Assembly: GCA_001442985.1 (NCBI GenBank)
Contig: LDYB01000015.1
Location: 1,266 to 65,265 of the forward strand
Source: Armatimonadetes bacterium DC
GTDB lineage: Bacteria; Armatimonadota; Fimbriimonadia; Fimbriimonadales; GBS-DC
DNA: 64,000 nucleotides
Direction: 5' to 3'
This document shows positions 1 through 7,986 of this stretch, piece by piece (position 1 is the first letter of the stretch; each line of letters opens with the position of its first letter). The translations under genes were made by a program, and so were the position numbers. The notes beneath the pieces are model-generated. The model saw only the letters and a list, made by a program, of their open reading frames with translations. It had not been told where the DNA came from and did not search any database.

Positions 1-2
1 GC

Positions 3-245
3 GTAAGCCTCTATCGGGGCAGCGTCCTTCTGGGGGAGTTATCCCTCAACCCGCGCAGTTCAGGAGAGCGGACTTTTCCCTATCTGGAAACACGAGGGCA
101 TGTGAAGCGATATGCGTTTTACGCTCCCATCCAGAGCGGAATGAGCGCAAGGGTGTATAATGCCATGCTCACTCGCACATACTTAGTATTTTACGATGCC
201 GAAGGGAACTATGCGGGCTATTGGCTCATCGTCTGGGAAACTTGA
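3..245 (+). CDS. 3' end of a hypothetical protein running in from the left edge
   Basis: Open frame from base 3 to TGA at 243-245 (VSLYRGSVLLGELSLNP...YAGYWLIVWET*); no start inside the window; not in the ORF track. Confidence 0.5.
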   Translation, partial: VSLYRGSVLLGELSLNPRSSGERTFPYLETRGHVKRYAFYAPIQSGMSARVYNAMLTRTYLVFYDAEGNYAGYWLIVWET

Positions 246-603
246 GCGCCACTCGTGTGCTTTAGAAGCAGGGTTATGGGGGCTTGTGAGCGTAGGGGCT
301 GCCATTCTGCTACATCACGCGCCGATGGTGCATTGGTTTCTCGAGTCTCTCCTCCAGACCTTTCTGTGGCTATGGTGTTTTCGCGTTGCCCTGATTTTTT
401 TGGATTGTCCTGTTTGGCGTGTGTTGCGATATCTGGTGTTTGCACTTGCGCTGGTCAACTTTGTGTTTTACTCTACTTTTGTGTACTTATTAGTTCCTTT
501 AGAGTTATCAAATTACTTTTGTATTTTTCTATCTATTGTTTTGTATTTCGTTTTCGTGTTGTCGGTCAAAAAAGTGTTGCATTCCAAGTGGTCAACGAGA
601 TAG
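196..603 (+). CDS. Hypothetical small multi-pass membrane protein (true start uncertain)
   Basis: Hydrophobic F/L/V-rich stretches; AT-rich relative to flanking genes; no recognisable motif. Confidence 0.35.
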   Translation: MPKGTMRAIGSSSGKLERHSCALEAGLWGLVSVGAAILLHHAPMVHWFLESLLQTFLWLWCFRVALIFLDCPVWRVLRYLVFALALVNFVFYSTFVYLLVPLELSNYFCIFLSIVLYFVFVLSVKKVLHSKWSTR

Positions 604-907
604 TGTGGAATCGCAGTGGGAGGCTCGCGCACAGTGGGGGTACTTTGCTGATGAGGGGTTTATCTGCTCTGTTGCAGGGATACCTGAGTGTGTCGAAGCT
701 CCCCACACGCCGGAACGCCCTACCTCGACAGACAAAAAACTAACGATGCAGATTGTCAACCAACCCCTTTCACCGCCAATCCCGACGCGCAACCACCGCA
801 AACGGCTCTGGTGTCGCTCGTTTTCTTGGATAGCCTCTAACGGAAAGAACAGAGTCGCAATTGGGGCAAAAAATTGGCGGATTTTCGGGACTTGAGGCGT
901 TCAGGTC

Positions 908-937
908 TTGACAGGGGGGTAGAGTGGGGGGTATAAT
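908..937 (+). promoter_or_regulatory. Consensus sigma70-type promoter for the speD-metX unit
   Basis: TTGACA at 908-913, 18-bp spacer, TATAAT at 932-937. Confidence 0.85.
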
Positions 938-943
938 ACCCCC

Positions 944-1229
944 TGCTTGCAGAGCGTTGAACGCCCTGCAGAGAGACCACCCGAAAACGGGGGAGGCGAG
1001 ACGGGCGCTATGTCGCGGTCCAACTCGGTGGGCGAATACGCATCGGTTCGTTTACCGTTTTGGATCATCGCCATAGGCGCTTGCCCAGCGGGCATGTGAG
1101 AGCGTCTGAGTACCGAAACCGACCGCGCAAAAACACCCCAATCGCCTCCGAGTTCGGCGTAGCTGATGCTACCTCGCACTCGGTCGTAGCTCAAAGGCTA
1201 CGGGACTTTTGGGTCAGGAGGAACGAACG
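944..1229 (+). promoter_or_regulatory. Long structured 5' leader (candidate cis-regulatory RNA)
   Basis: About 285 nt between promoter and AGGAGG-preceded ATG at 1230; hairpins ccgagt/actcgg enclosing gtagc-tgat-gctac (1148-1183) and cgtagc-tcaaag-gctacg (1185-1202) followed by a short T run. Confidence 0.45.
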
Positions 1230-1787
1230 ATGAGTCAGGTTGGTTTGCTGGGGAGCCGACCTGCGCGGTCGGCGGGTGTCCGCGGCTGGTTGCAGTCGCT
1301 GGGACGCGCAGCGCGCGATTGGATTCTGCGCGCCGTTGCACCCTCCAGAGCGCAGGCTGTTGTCTATCCCGTTCCCCATCGGTTCGATTTCGAAATCGCG
1401 CCACAGCGACTCCAGCAGGACGACACCCGCTCGTTGGGAACCCATCTGCTGGTGGAACTGTACGGTTGCAACCCGGAACGGCTGAAGTATGTGCCCGAAG
1501 TGGAGCGCGCGCTGGTGGATGCCGCGCACCACTCCTACGCTCATATTGTCGGGCACTTCTTCCATGAGTTTCAGCCACACGGTGTGTCGGGTGTGGTCGT
1601 AATCGAAGAGTCGCACTACACCATCCACACCTGGCCCGAAGAGCGCTACGCGGCGGTAGACCTGTTTTTCTGCGCCGAGAGCGTGGACGCCGAGCGCGCA
1701 CTGGCGATTTTGCGCGAGGCGTTCGAGCCAGAGCGTGTGGATGTGATGCTGGTGCGACGCGGGATACGCGACCGCTCACCCGGTTGA
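1230..1787 (+). CDS. speD: S-adenosylmethionine decarboxylase proenzyme (class 1B, pyruvoyl) with about 65-aa N-terminal extension
   Basis: GTHLLVELYGC, GVSGVVVIEESHYTIHTWPE (E|SH self-cleavage site), VDLFFC; AGGAGG 8 nt upstream of ATG 1230. Confidence 0.9.
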   Translation: MSQVGLLGSRPARSAGVRGWLQSLGRAARDWILRAVAPSRAQAVVYPVPHRFDFEIAPQRLQQDDTRSLGTHLLVELYGCNPERLKYVPEVERALVDAAHHSYAHIVGHFFHEFQPHGVSGVVVIEESHYTIHTWPEERYAAVDLFFCAESVDAERALAILREAFEPERVDVMLVRRGIRDRSPG

Positions 1788-1828
1788 CTCACCAACTCGC
1801 TGGACGCATTTGCAGGGAGGTACGAGCC

Positions 1829-2989
1829 GTGGCGAACGAGACCGAACGCCAGCGCCTTAGCGCCTACGCGCTCTCCGAGCTGGCTTCCCCTGAAGAGGGC
1901 GAAGTCGGTCTTGTCGAGCCACAGCAGCTCATCCTCCCTGAAGGCTTAGAACTGGCGTGTGGGCAGCGGCTGGCGCCTGTGGAGGTCGCCTACGAGACCT
2001 ACGGTCAGCTCGCGCCCACACGCGATAATGTGATTCTGGTCTGCCACGCCCTCTCAGGTGGCTCCCATGCCGCGGGGCGCCACAACCCCACCGACCGCAA
2101 ACCGGGCTGGTGGGACCTCTATATCGGACCAGGCAAGGCACTGGACACCGAGCGATTTTTCGTTATCTGTATCAATGTGCTGGCAAGCCCCTACGGCACG
2201 ACCTCGCCGCTTTCTATCAACCCCGCCACGGGTCAGCCCTACCGCCTCGATTTTCCGCCGATTACCGTCACCGACTGGGTGGAGCTGGAACGCGCCGTGC
2301 TGGAACGGCTGGGCATTCACCACCTGCACGCGGTCGTGGGCGGCTCCACAGGGGGCATGCGCGCCTTTGAGTGGGCAGTGCGCTACCCCGATTGGATGGA
2401 TAAGGCGGTGGTAATTGCTTCGCCCGCACGCTCCAGCCCGATGGTGATTGCGCTCAATCACATCCAGCGCCAGACAATTCTGATGGGGCTGGAGCATGGC
2501 GGCGAGGCGGGGGCACAGCGCGGGCTGGCGCTGGCGCGCATGCTGGCGCACATCTCCTACCTCTCGGAAGACGCCCTCTGGCGCAAGTTCGCCCGTGAGA
2601 TGGTGGAAAACCCTGACCAGTGGGCTGTAGCCTATCAGATGGAGAGCTATCTGGAATACAAGGCGCACACTTTCCTGCAGCGGTTTGACCCCTACTGCTA
2701 CCTCTACATCACGCGGGCGATGGACCATTTTGACCTCGCACGCGACTACGGCGAGGGCGATTTAACCCGTGCGCTGGCGCGGGTGCAAGCCGAAATGCTC
2801 TTCATCAGCTTCACCTCCGACTGGCTGTTCCCGCCCAGTGGTCAGGAAGAGGCGGCGGAGACCCTGCGCCAACTGGGCAAACAGGTTCACCACGCGATTC
2901 TCGATAGCCCCTGGGGGCACGATTCGTTCCTGGTGGAGCGCGTAAAACCCCTGATGCGCCCCCTGCTCAAAGGCTTTCTGGAAGGCTGA
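1829..2989 (+). CDS. metX: Homoserine O-acetyltransferase (MetX family)
   Basis: AYETYG, LVCHALSG, PGWWD..IGPGKALDT, GGSTGG nucleophile motif, GHDSFL catalytic His; GGAGG upstream of GTG 1829 (track starts at TTG 1784). Confidence 0.9.
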   Translation: MANETERQRLSAYALSELASPEEGEVGLVEPQQLILPEGLELACGQRLAPVEVAYETYGQLAPTRDNVILVCHALSGGSHAAGRHNPTDRKPGWWDLYIGPGKALDTERFFVICINVLASPYGTTSPLSINPATGQPYRLDFPPITVTDWVELERAVLERLGIHHLHAVVGGSTGGMRAFEWAVRYPDWMDKAVVIASPARSSPMVIALNHIQRQTILMGLEHGGEAGAQRGLALARMLAHISYLSEDALWRKFAREMVENPDQWAVAYQMESYLEYKAHTFLQRFDPYCYLYITRAMDHFDLARDYGEGDLTRALARVQAEMLFISFTSDWLFPPSGQEEAAETLRQLGKQVHHAILDSPWGHDSFLVERVKPLMRPLLKGFLEG

Positions 2990-3742
2990 CTACCAGGGCG
3001 TCGGCACGCGGTTTGGATCCTGAATTGCCCGCATCTCCACCTTGATGCCGTGAGGCTGCAGGTCTTTGACCAGCATCTCGGCTTTGCGGCGCGGGAGATT
3101 GGTGAGAATCACAATCGGCGTGCTCTCCAGCAGCTTTTTGACATCGGGGCGGGTGAGGGTCAGCAACGACTCCAGATGCGCAATCGCCTGCTCCTCTTTG
3201 AGGCGCTCCACGCCCAGCAGCACCAGCTCGTAGGGGGTGGGGTCGTCCTGTGGGAGGGGCATGCTCACCTGCGTGCGTTTCCCTGTCGGGCTGAACTCGC
3301 GCTGGCACTGTTCACAGATCACCACCGTCGCCTTCACCGAGACCTGCTCGGTAGAGCCACAGTGGGGGCATCGCACCGCCACCACCTCCAATACCTGCCC
3401 GTTTTCAACGGGCACGCGGCGGTGGCAATAGTCGCAGGTGAAATCGGACTGTGGCGGCGCGGTGAACAGGTTCTCTTTGGAGCAGAAGGGGCAGATAACC
3501 GGGTAAGAAGGCACCTGTCGTGCCTTGTTCAGTGCCCAGCCTGCGTAGCCCCAGCTGCCCAGCCACGCCAGTCCAAAAATCCACGACAGGTGGGAAAACA
3601 TCCCCCCATACCGCCAGAAGAGCAGAGTCAGCAACAGGCTCACCAAACCGACAATCCCATAAATGACTGCCTGCGTATACTCTTTCTCCACGGCTTCCGA
3701 ACGCTTCATCGGTTCCATCGCCGTTCTCGCCTCCAGAGGCAA
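2990..3742 (-). CDS. Hypothetical membrane protein with four CxxC zinc-ribbon knuckles and a C-terminal L7/L12-CTD-like domain
   Basis: Two hydrophobic helices; CPFC, CDYC, CPHC, CEQC; tail DVKKLLESTPIVILTNLPRRKAEMLVKDLQPHGIKVE resembles the L7/L12 C-terminal pattern. Confidence 0.75.
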   Translation of the reverse strand: MPLEARTAMEPMKRSEAVEKEYTQAVIYGIVGLVSLLLTLLFWRYGGMFSHLSWIFGLAWLGSWGYAGWALNKARQVPSYPVICPFCSKENLFTAPPQSDFTCDYCHRRVPVENGQVLEVVAVRCPHCGSTEQVSVKATVVICEQCQREFSPTGKRTQVSMPLPQDDPTPYELVLLGVERLKEEQAIAHLESLLTLTRPDVKKLLESTPIVILTNLPRRKAEMLVKDLQPHGIKVEMRAIQDPNRVPTPW

Positions 3743-3770
3743 GATTCGTCAGAAAATTCGTGAATTCCTG

Positions 3771-5078
3771 CTATTTGCGGTTCGTTTCGCCGAACACGCG
3801 CCTGACAGTTTCCTCCAGATAGCGCAGGTGATGCTGGAGGTCAAAGCACTGGCGCAACTCCTGCTCGGAAAGCAGTGCGCTCACTTCGGGGTCATGGCGG
3901 AGTGCCTCTAAAAAGTCCACGCCTTCATCCCACACGCGACTGGCGTTGCGCTGAACCAGTTTGTAGGCGTGTTCACGGGAAAGCCCTTTCTGCACCAGCG
4001 CGAGCATCACATGCTCGCTGAAGGGTAAGCCCTTCAGCAGGTCTAAGTTGCGTTGCATGTTATGGGGTAGCACCACCAGCCCGCGCAGTATCTCGGTGAA
4101 CTTGCGCGTCATCCAGTGGATCAGGGTGCAGGTGTCGGGCAGGGCGATTCGTTCCACACTGGAGTTGGTCAGGTCGCGCTCGTGCCATGTGCAGATGGTT
4201 TCCAGCATCGCGAGCGTGTTGCCCCGCACGATTCGCGCCAGCCCGCTGATGGTCTCGCAGTTCCATGGGTTGCGCTTGTGGGGCATGGCGCTGGAGCCTG
4301 TTTGCCCGGTGGCGAATGCTTCCTGCACCTCCAGAATCTCGGTGCGCTGGAGGTTGCGAATCTCGGTGGCGAACTTTTCCAGCGAGCCAGCCAGCACGGC
4401 GAGGTGCGCCATCAGCGTGGCGTGGCGGTCGCGGGCGACAATCTGGGTGGAGGCAGGGTCAGGTGTTAGCCCCAATCGGGCGCACACATACTCCTCCACG
4501 CGCGGGTCTACATTCGCGTGAATACCGACCGCACCCGAAACTTTTCCGACGGCGATTTCGGCTTGTGCGCGCAGGAGGCGTTCGCGGTGGCGTGCCATCT
4601 CGGCATACCAGCCCATCAACTTAAAGCCGAAGGTGATGGGTTCCGCATGGATGCCGTGCGTGCGCCCGATCATGGGGGTTTGCAGGTGTTCCAGCGCGAG
4701 GCGCTTAATCTCGCTCATGAGCGCGTCGCACTCCGTCAGGATGAGGTCTATTGCGCGTTTGAGCCTCAGCGCGAGCGCGGTATCCACCACATCGTAGGAG
4801 GTGATGCCATAGTGAACCCAGCGCCCTGCCTCACCGATGTTCTCCGCGAGGTTGCGCACGAACGCCATCACATCGTGGCGGGTCTCACGCTCCAGTTCGG
4901 TGATCCGTTGGGGGTCAAAGCGGGCGCGGGCGCGAATCGTTTCCACTGCCTCTGCGGGGATGTAGCCGTAGTGGGCTAAGCCCTCACATACGGCAATCTC
5001 CACTTCCATCCATGTCTGATACTTATTCTCCTCGCTCCAGAGGTGGCGCATTTCGGGCGTTGTGTAGCGTTCAATCAT
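3771..5078 (-). CDS. purB: Adenylosuccinate lyase
   Basis: MIERY start, GRTHGIHAEP, GSSAMPHKRNP fumarate-lyase signature, WHERDLTNSSVER. Confidence 0.97.
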   Translation of the reverse strand: MIERYTTPEMRHLWSEENKYQTWMEVEIAVCEGLAHYGYIPAEAVETIRARARFDPQRITELERETRHDVMAFVRNLAENIGEAGRWVHYGITSYDVVDTALALRLKRAIDLILTECDALMSEIKRLALEHLQTPMIGRTHGIHAEPITFGFKLMGWYAEMARHRERLLRAQAEIAVGKVSGAVGIHANVDPRVEEYVCARLGLTPDPASTQIVARDRHATLMAHLAVLAGSLEKFATEIRNLQRTEILEVQEAFATGQTGSSAMPHKRNPWNCETISGLARIVRGNTLAMLETICTWHERDLTNSSVERIALPDTCTLIHWMTRKFTEILRGLVVLPHNMQRNLDLLKGLPFSEHVMLALVQKGLSREHAYKLVQRNASRVWDEGVDFLEALRHDPEVSALLSEQELRQCFDLQHHLRYLEETVRRVFGETNRK

Positions 5079-5170
5079 AGGCGGCTCCTGTGCTTGCAGT
5101 TGGGCACCCTATAGAATACCTGATGAGCGGGAATGGCTCCCTCTACGCGCTCTGGGAGAGAGAAATCATT

Positions 5171-5203
5171 AAGGCGCAGGGGCTGAAAAAGCCCCTGCGC
5201 CTT
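5171..5203 (-). terminator. 14-bp perfect hairpin downstream of the arsR/Cys-peptide unit
   Basis: aaggcgcaggggct-gaaaa-agcccctgcgcctt, 19 nt after the stop of 5222..5329. Confidence 0.7.
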
Positions 5204-5221
5204 CAGGGGTTGTTCACCCGA

Positions 5222-5329
5222 CTACTTCTTGCCGCAGCAGTCTTCGCAGCATGGGCTTGGGCAGCAGTCGGGGCATGGGCAGCACTGAGTGCCCATGACC
5301 GCCGGGTTCAGCTGTCGGTAGCGTCGCAT
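5222..5329 (-). CDS. 35-aa cysteine-rich, metallothionein-like peptide (not in ORF track)
   Basis: Manual translation MRRYRQLNPAVMGTQCCPCPDCCPSPCCEDCCGKK*; strong RBS AAGGAGGTG just upstream of the ATG; 9 Cys in the last 20 residues; start overlaps the arsR 3' end; hairpin follows. Confidence 0.7.
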   Translation of the reverse strand: MRRYRQLNPAVMGTQCCPCPDCCPSPCCEDCCGKK

Positions 5330-5736
5330 GAGCCATCACCTCCTTCTTTTCGGATTGGGGCAAATCGGAAACCCATCACACAGCACCCTCCCTGACGCAC
5401 CTGCAGGCAGTGCTGAAGGCGTGCAGAATCGCGCACCACTCGCGGCTCACCCTCCAGCTCGCGCTTCAGGGCTGTCAGGAGCAGATGTAATACGGAGGGA
5501 ATATCGGGATGGAGCCGATAGTAAATCCATTTGCCCTGTCGGCGCGTGGCAACCAGCTCCGCCTGACGCAGAGCTTGCAGGTGCGTGGAAAGGGTGGACT
5601 GTGCGAGTTCCAGGGCATAGCTCAGTTCACAGACGCACCATTCGCCCTGCTGCAGCGCCAGTAGAATGCGCAACCGATTAGCGTCGCTCAACGCCTTCAG
5701 TAATTGCTCTGTCTGAGCCAGGGTTTTTGTCATCAT
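5308..5736 (-). CDS. ArsR/SmtB-family metalloregulatory repressor
   Basis: LKALSDANRLRILLAL, WCVCELS (CxC metal site in alpha3), QSTLSTHL HTH, RRQGKWIYYRL wing; extra GGCC near the C-terminus. Confidence 0.92.
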   Translation of the reverse strand: MMTKTLAQTEQLLKALSDANRLRILLALQQGEWCVCELSYALELAQSTLSTHLQALRQAELVATRRQGKWIYYRLHPDIPSVLHLLLTALKRELEGEPRVVRDSARLQHCLQVRQGGCCVMGFRFAPIRKEGGDGSCDATDS

Positions 5737-5782
5737 ATCGGTACTTGCCGATATGATACCCTATCTTCAAAGCCTTTGTCAA
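5732..5782 (-). promoter_or_regulatory. Promoter and palindromic operator of the arsR unit
   Basis: Minus-strand TTGACA (5782-5777), 18 bp, TATCAT (5758-5753); perfect inverted repeat atcatatcgg-N6-ccgatatgat (5732-5757) covering the -10 box and start codon. Confidence 0.75.
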
Positions 5783-5807
5783 GGGGGAACGACCTCTCAA
5801 CTGGTGA

Positions 5808-5915
5808 TTATTTCTCCCCAATCGCGACGGGCATAGATCCCCTCGCAAGCAAGCGAATACAGAATAGCTCGTCGTCTACACCTTCCACTATCAGTGTGAA
5901 GCGCGAACTCCCCAT
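5808..5915 (-). pseudogene. Truncated TOPRIM-like partner gene (DUF4276/DUF4435/RloB-type) of the AAA ATPase
   Basis: ATG 2 nt after the ATPase stop; MGSSRFTLIVEGVDDELFCIRLL.. carries a VEGxxD TOPRIM-type start motif but stops after 35 codons. Confidence 0.55.
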
Positions 5916-5917
5916 CT

Positions 5918-7204
5918 TCACGCTCCAAGTAGATTCTGCACATAGATATCCTCAATCCCAATCTCATTTTCAAGGAAAATACGCACATCTTCGCGCTCGG
6001 CAGGGCGGGTGATGACGGAGAACCCTTCCGGGTCGCGCGAGATTAGCAGCAGATGCTCTACTCCTGCGTGTTTCACGAACTCTGGATTGTGAGTCGTCAC
6101 CAGCACCTGCTTGTGTTCAGAGGCGTCCTTCATCATCGCTACAACATGCGCCAGCAAGGAGGGGTGAATGTTGCGCTCTGGCTCCTCAAAAATCACCAGA
6201 GAGTTGCTTTCGAGGTAAAGTGCGATAATCATCGCCAGAACACCCACAGTGCCGTCCGAAATCATGGAAGCTGGCAGAAACCGCTTTTTGTGATACATCT
6301 CTCGCAGGGAAAAGATAACCGACTTGTCGGCAAACCGCTCCGCCCGTATGTCCTCTACAAACGGCAGGACGCTCCGCACGAATTTGAGTAGCCGCTCTTT
6401 GTGAGCAGGGTTCTCCGCGATGCGGTTCAGCACGATTGCCAGATTGCTCCCGTCGCGCTCCAATTCGCTTTTGCCCGTGATGGGCATCGCACGCTTCGGC
6501 AGCTTGGGGTCAAAATCGTAGATTCCCACATCCCCATAGAACCACCGCAGAACGGGCAGGAAGGGGATTTGAATAAGCAGTTCGCCCCGTGGCATACGCG
6601 GTTTCAGCCCCCGGCGGAACCAGAATAGCCCGTGAAACTCCTCGGGCAAGCTGCCGATGTTATATTCCACTCTCCCGTTGGTCTGCCGTATCAGCACTGA
6701 GCCACTTTGCACATGTTCATCAGCTTCGGGATTTGGCTCGTCGCTGGTAGCTCTTAAAATCTGGTAGGAGTATTCTATCGCTTCATGCACTGTTTTGTAG
6801 CGCATTCCCCGCCTGGCGAACTCCAGGCGAAACTCATAAGACATGACGGGGATGCGGATATATTCACGTGCGGCTCGCACGATGATGGGCACCAGATTCG
6901 TCTCCAGAACTACCTGTATTCTCAGGGGTTCGCGGGCGCCGAGGTGAATATTCCGCAGGTACTCGATACCCCCCTGAAGCGAGATAGCGTTTTCCAGCCC
7001 CTGCTGGGCAAGGTCGCGCAGGAACTCAAAAATCTGCACAAAGTTGGACTTACCAGAGGCATTTGCCCCAATCAGCACACCGAAACGGGGCATGTCATCA
7101 ACCCGCAACTCTTTGAAGCTTTTGAAGTTATTCACCTGGAGCCGTCGGATAGCCGGGGGGTGACGATACGCTTCCACCACACCTCGCATAATGACTTGTC
7201 GCAT
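5918..7204 (-). CDS. ABC-type AAA ATPase (AAA_15/AAA_21, AbiEii-like)
   Basis: VNNFKSF, Walker A GANASGKSN, signature ISDGT, Walker B LVIFEEPERNIHP, H-loop VTTHN. Confidence 0.9.
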   Translation of the reverse strand: MRQVIMRGVVEAYRHPPAIRRLQVNNFKSFKELRVDDMPRFGVLIGANASGKSNFVQIFEFLRDLAQQGLENAISLQGGIEYLRNIHLGAREPLRIQVVLETNLVPIIVRAAREYIRIPVMSYEFRLEFARRGMRYKTVHEAIEYSYQILRATSDEPNPEADEHVQSGSVLIRQTNGRVEYNIGSLPEEFHGLFWFRRGLKPRMPRGELLIQIPFLPVLRWFYGDVGIYDFDPKLPKRAMPITGKSELERDGSNLAIVLNRIAENPAHKERLLKFVRSVLPFVEDIRAERFADKSVIFSLREMYHKKRFLPASMISDGTVGVLAMIIALYLESNSLVIFEEPERNIHPSLLAHVVAMMKDASEHKQVLVTTHNPEFVKHAGVEHLLLISRDPEGFSVITRPAEREDVRIFLENEIGIEDIYVQNLLGA

Positions 7205-7249
7205 AGAGTTTGCCTCCGCTATTAGGGCGCTGACCTGTTACAGGATACC

Positions 7250-7984
7250 TCACCCCTCAAACCGGTAGCCCACGCCGCGCACGGTCTGGATGTAGCGCGG
7301 GTGGTCGGGGTCGGGTTCAATCTTGCTGCGGAGCCAGCGGATATGCACATCCACCGTGCGCGGGCTAACATAGGTGTCCACCCCCCAGATGTTGTCCAGC
7401 AGCTGGTCGCGGGTGAAAACTTTGCCGGGATTGCGCACCAGCAGCACCAGCAAGGCATACTCTTTCGGCGTGAGGGTGAGTGGCTCGCCCCCTTTGAAGA
7501 CCCGATGCGCCTTGAGGTCAATCTCCACATCCCCAAAGCGCAGGATGGTGGGCGTCGCAGGTTGGGTGCGACGCAACAGCGAGCGGATGCGGGCAATCAG
7601 CTCCACCATGCTGAAGGGTTTGACCAGATAGTCGTCGGCGCCCAGGTCGAAGCCGCGCAGTTTGTCCTCCTCCGAGGTGCGCGCGGTCAAAAACAAAATC
7701 GGCGTCTGGCTGTGTTCCCGAATCAGTCGGCAAAGCTCGAAGCCGCTGCGTCCGGGAAGCATCACATCCAGCACCACGAGGTCCGGGTTCTGCTGCTGAA
7801 ACATGCGGATGGCTTCCTCGGCGTTTTCGGCGCACAGCACCTGCATCCGCTCGCGCTGGAGGTTGTAGGTCAGGGTCTCCCGCAGGATGGGGTCGTCTTC
7901 CACGACCAGCACGCGGGCGCTGAAAGTCGTCTCACGCGCCGCGTCTGGCTCCGCGTGGCTCTGGGTTCGGCTGGGCGATGCCAT
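7250..7984 (-). CDS. OmpR/PhoB-family response regulator (no adjacent kinase)
   Basis: VLVVEDD, LVVLDVMLPG, GADDYLVKPF, LTPKEYALL, RTVDVHIRWLRSKIE, IQTVRGVGYRF. Confidence 0.93.
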   Translation of the reverse strand: MASPSRTQSHAEPDAARETTFSARVLVVEDDPILRETLTYNLQRERMQVLCAENAEEAIRMFQQQNPDLVVLDVMLPGRSGFELCRLIREHSQTPILFLTARTSEEDKLRGFDLGADDYLVKPFSMVELIARIRSLLRRTQPATPTILRFGDVEIDLKAHRVFKGGEPLTLTPKEYALLVLLVRNPGKVFTRDQLLDNIWGVDTYVSPRTVDVHIRWLRSKIEPDPDHPRYIQTVRGVGYRFEG

Positions 7985-7986
7985 CG

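Noticed and set aside
944-1229. Canonical SAM-I, SAH, glycine riboswitch, 6S, SRP, tmRNA or RNase P RNA
   Set aside because: Their diagnostic motifs could not be found by eye; kept only as an unassigned leader.
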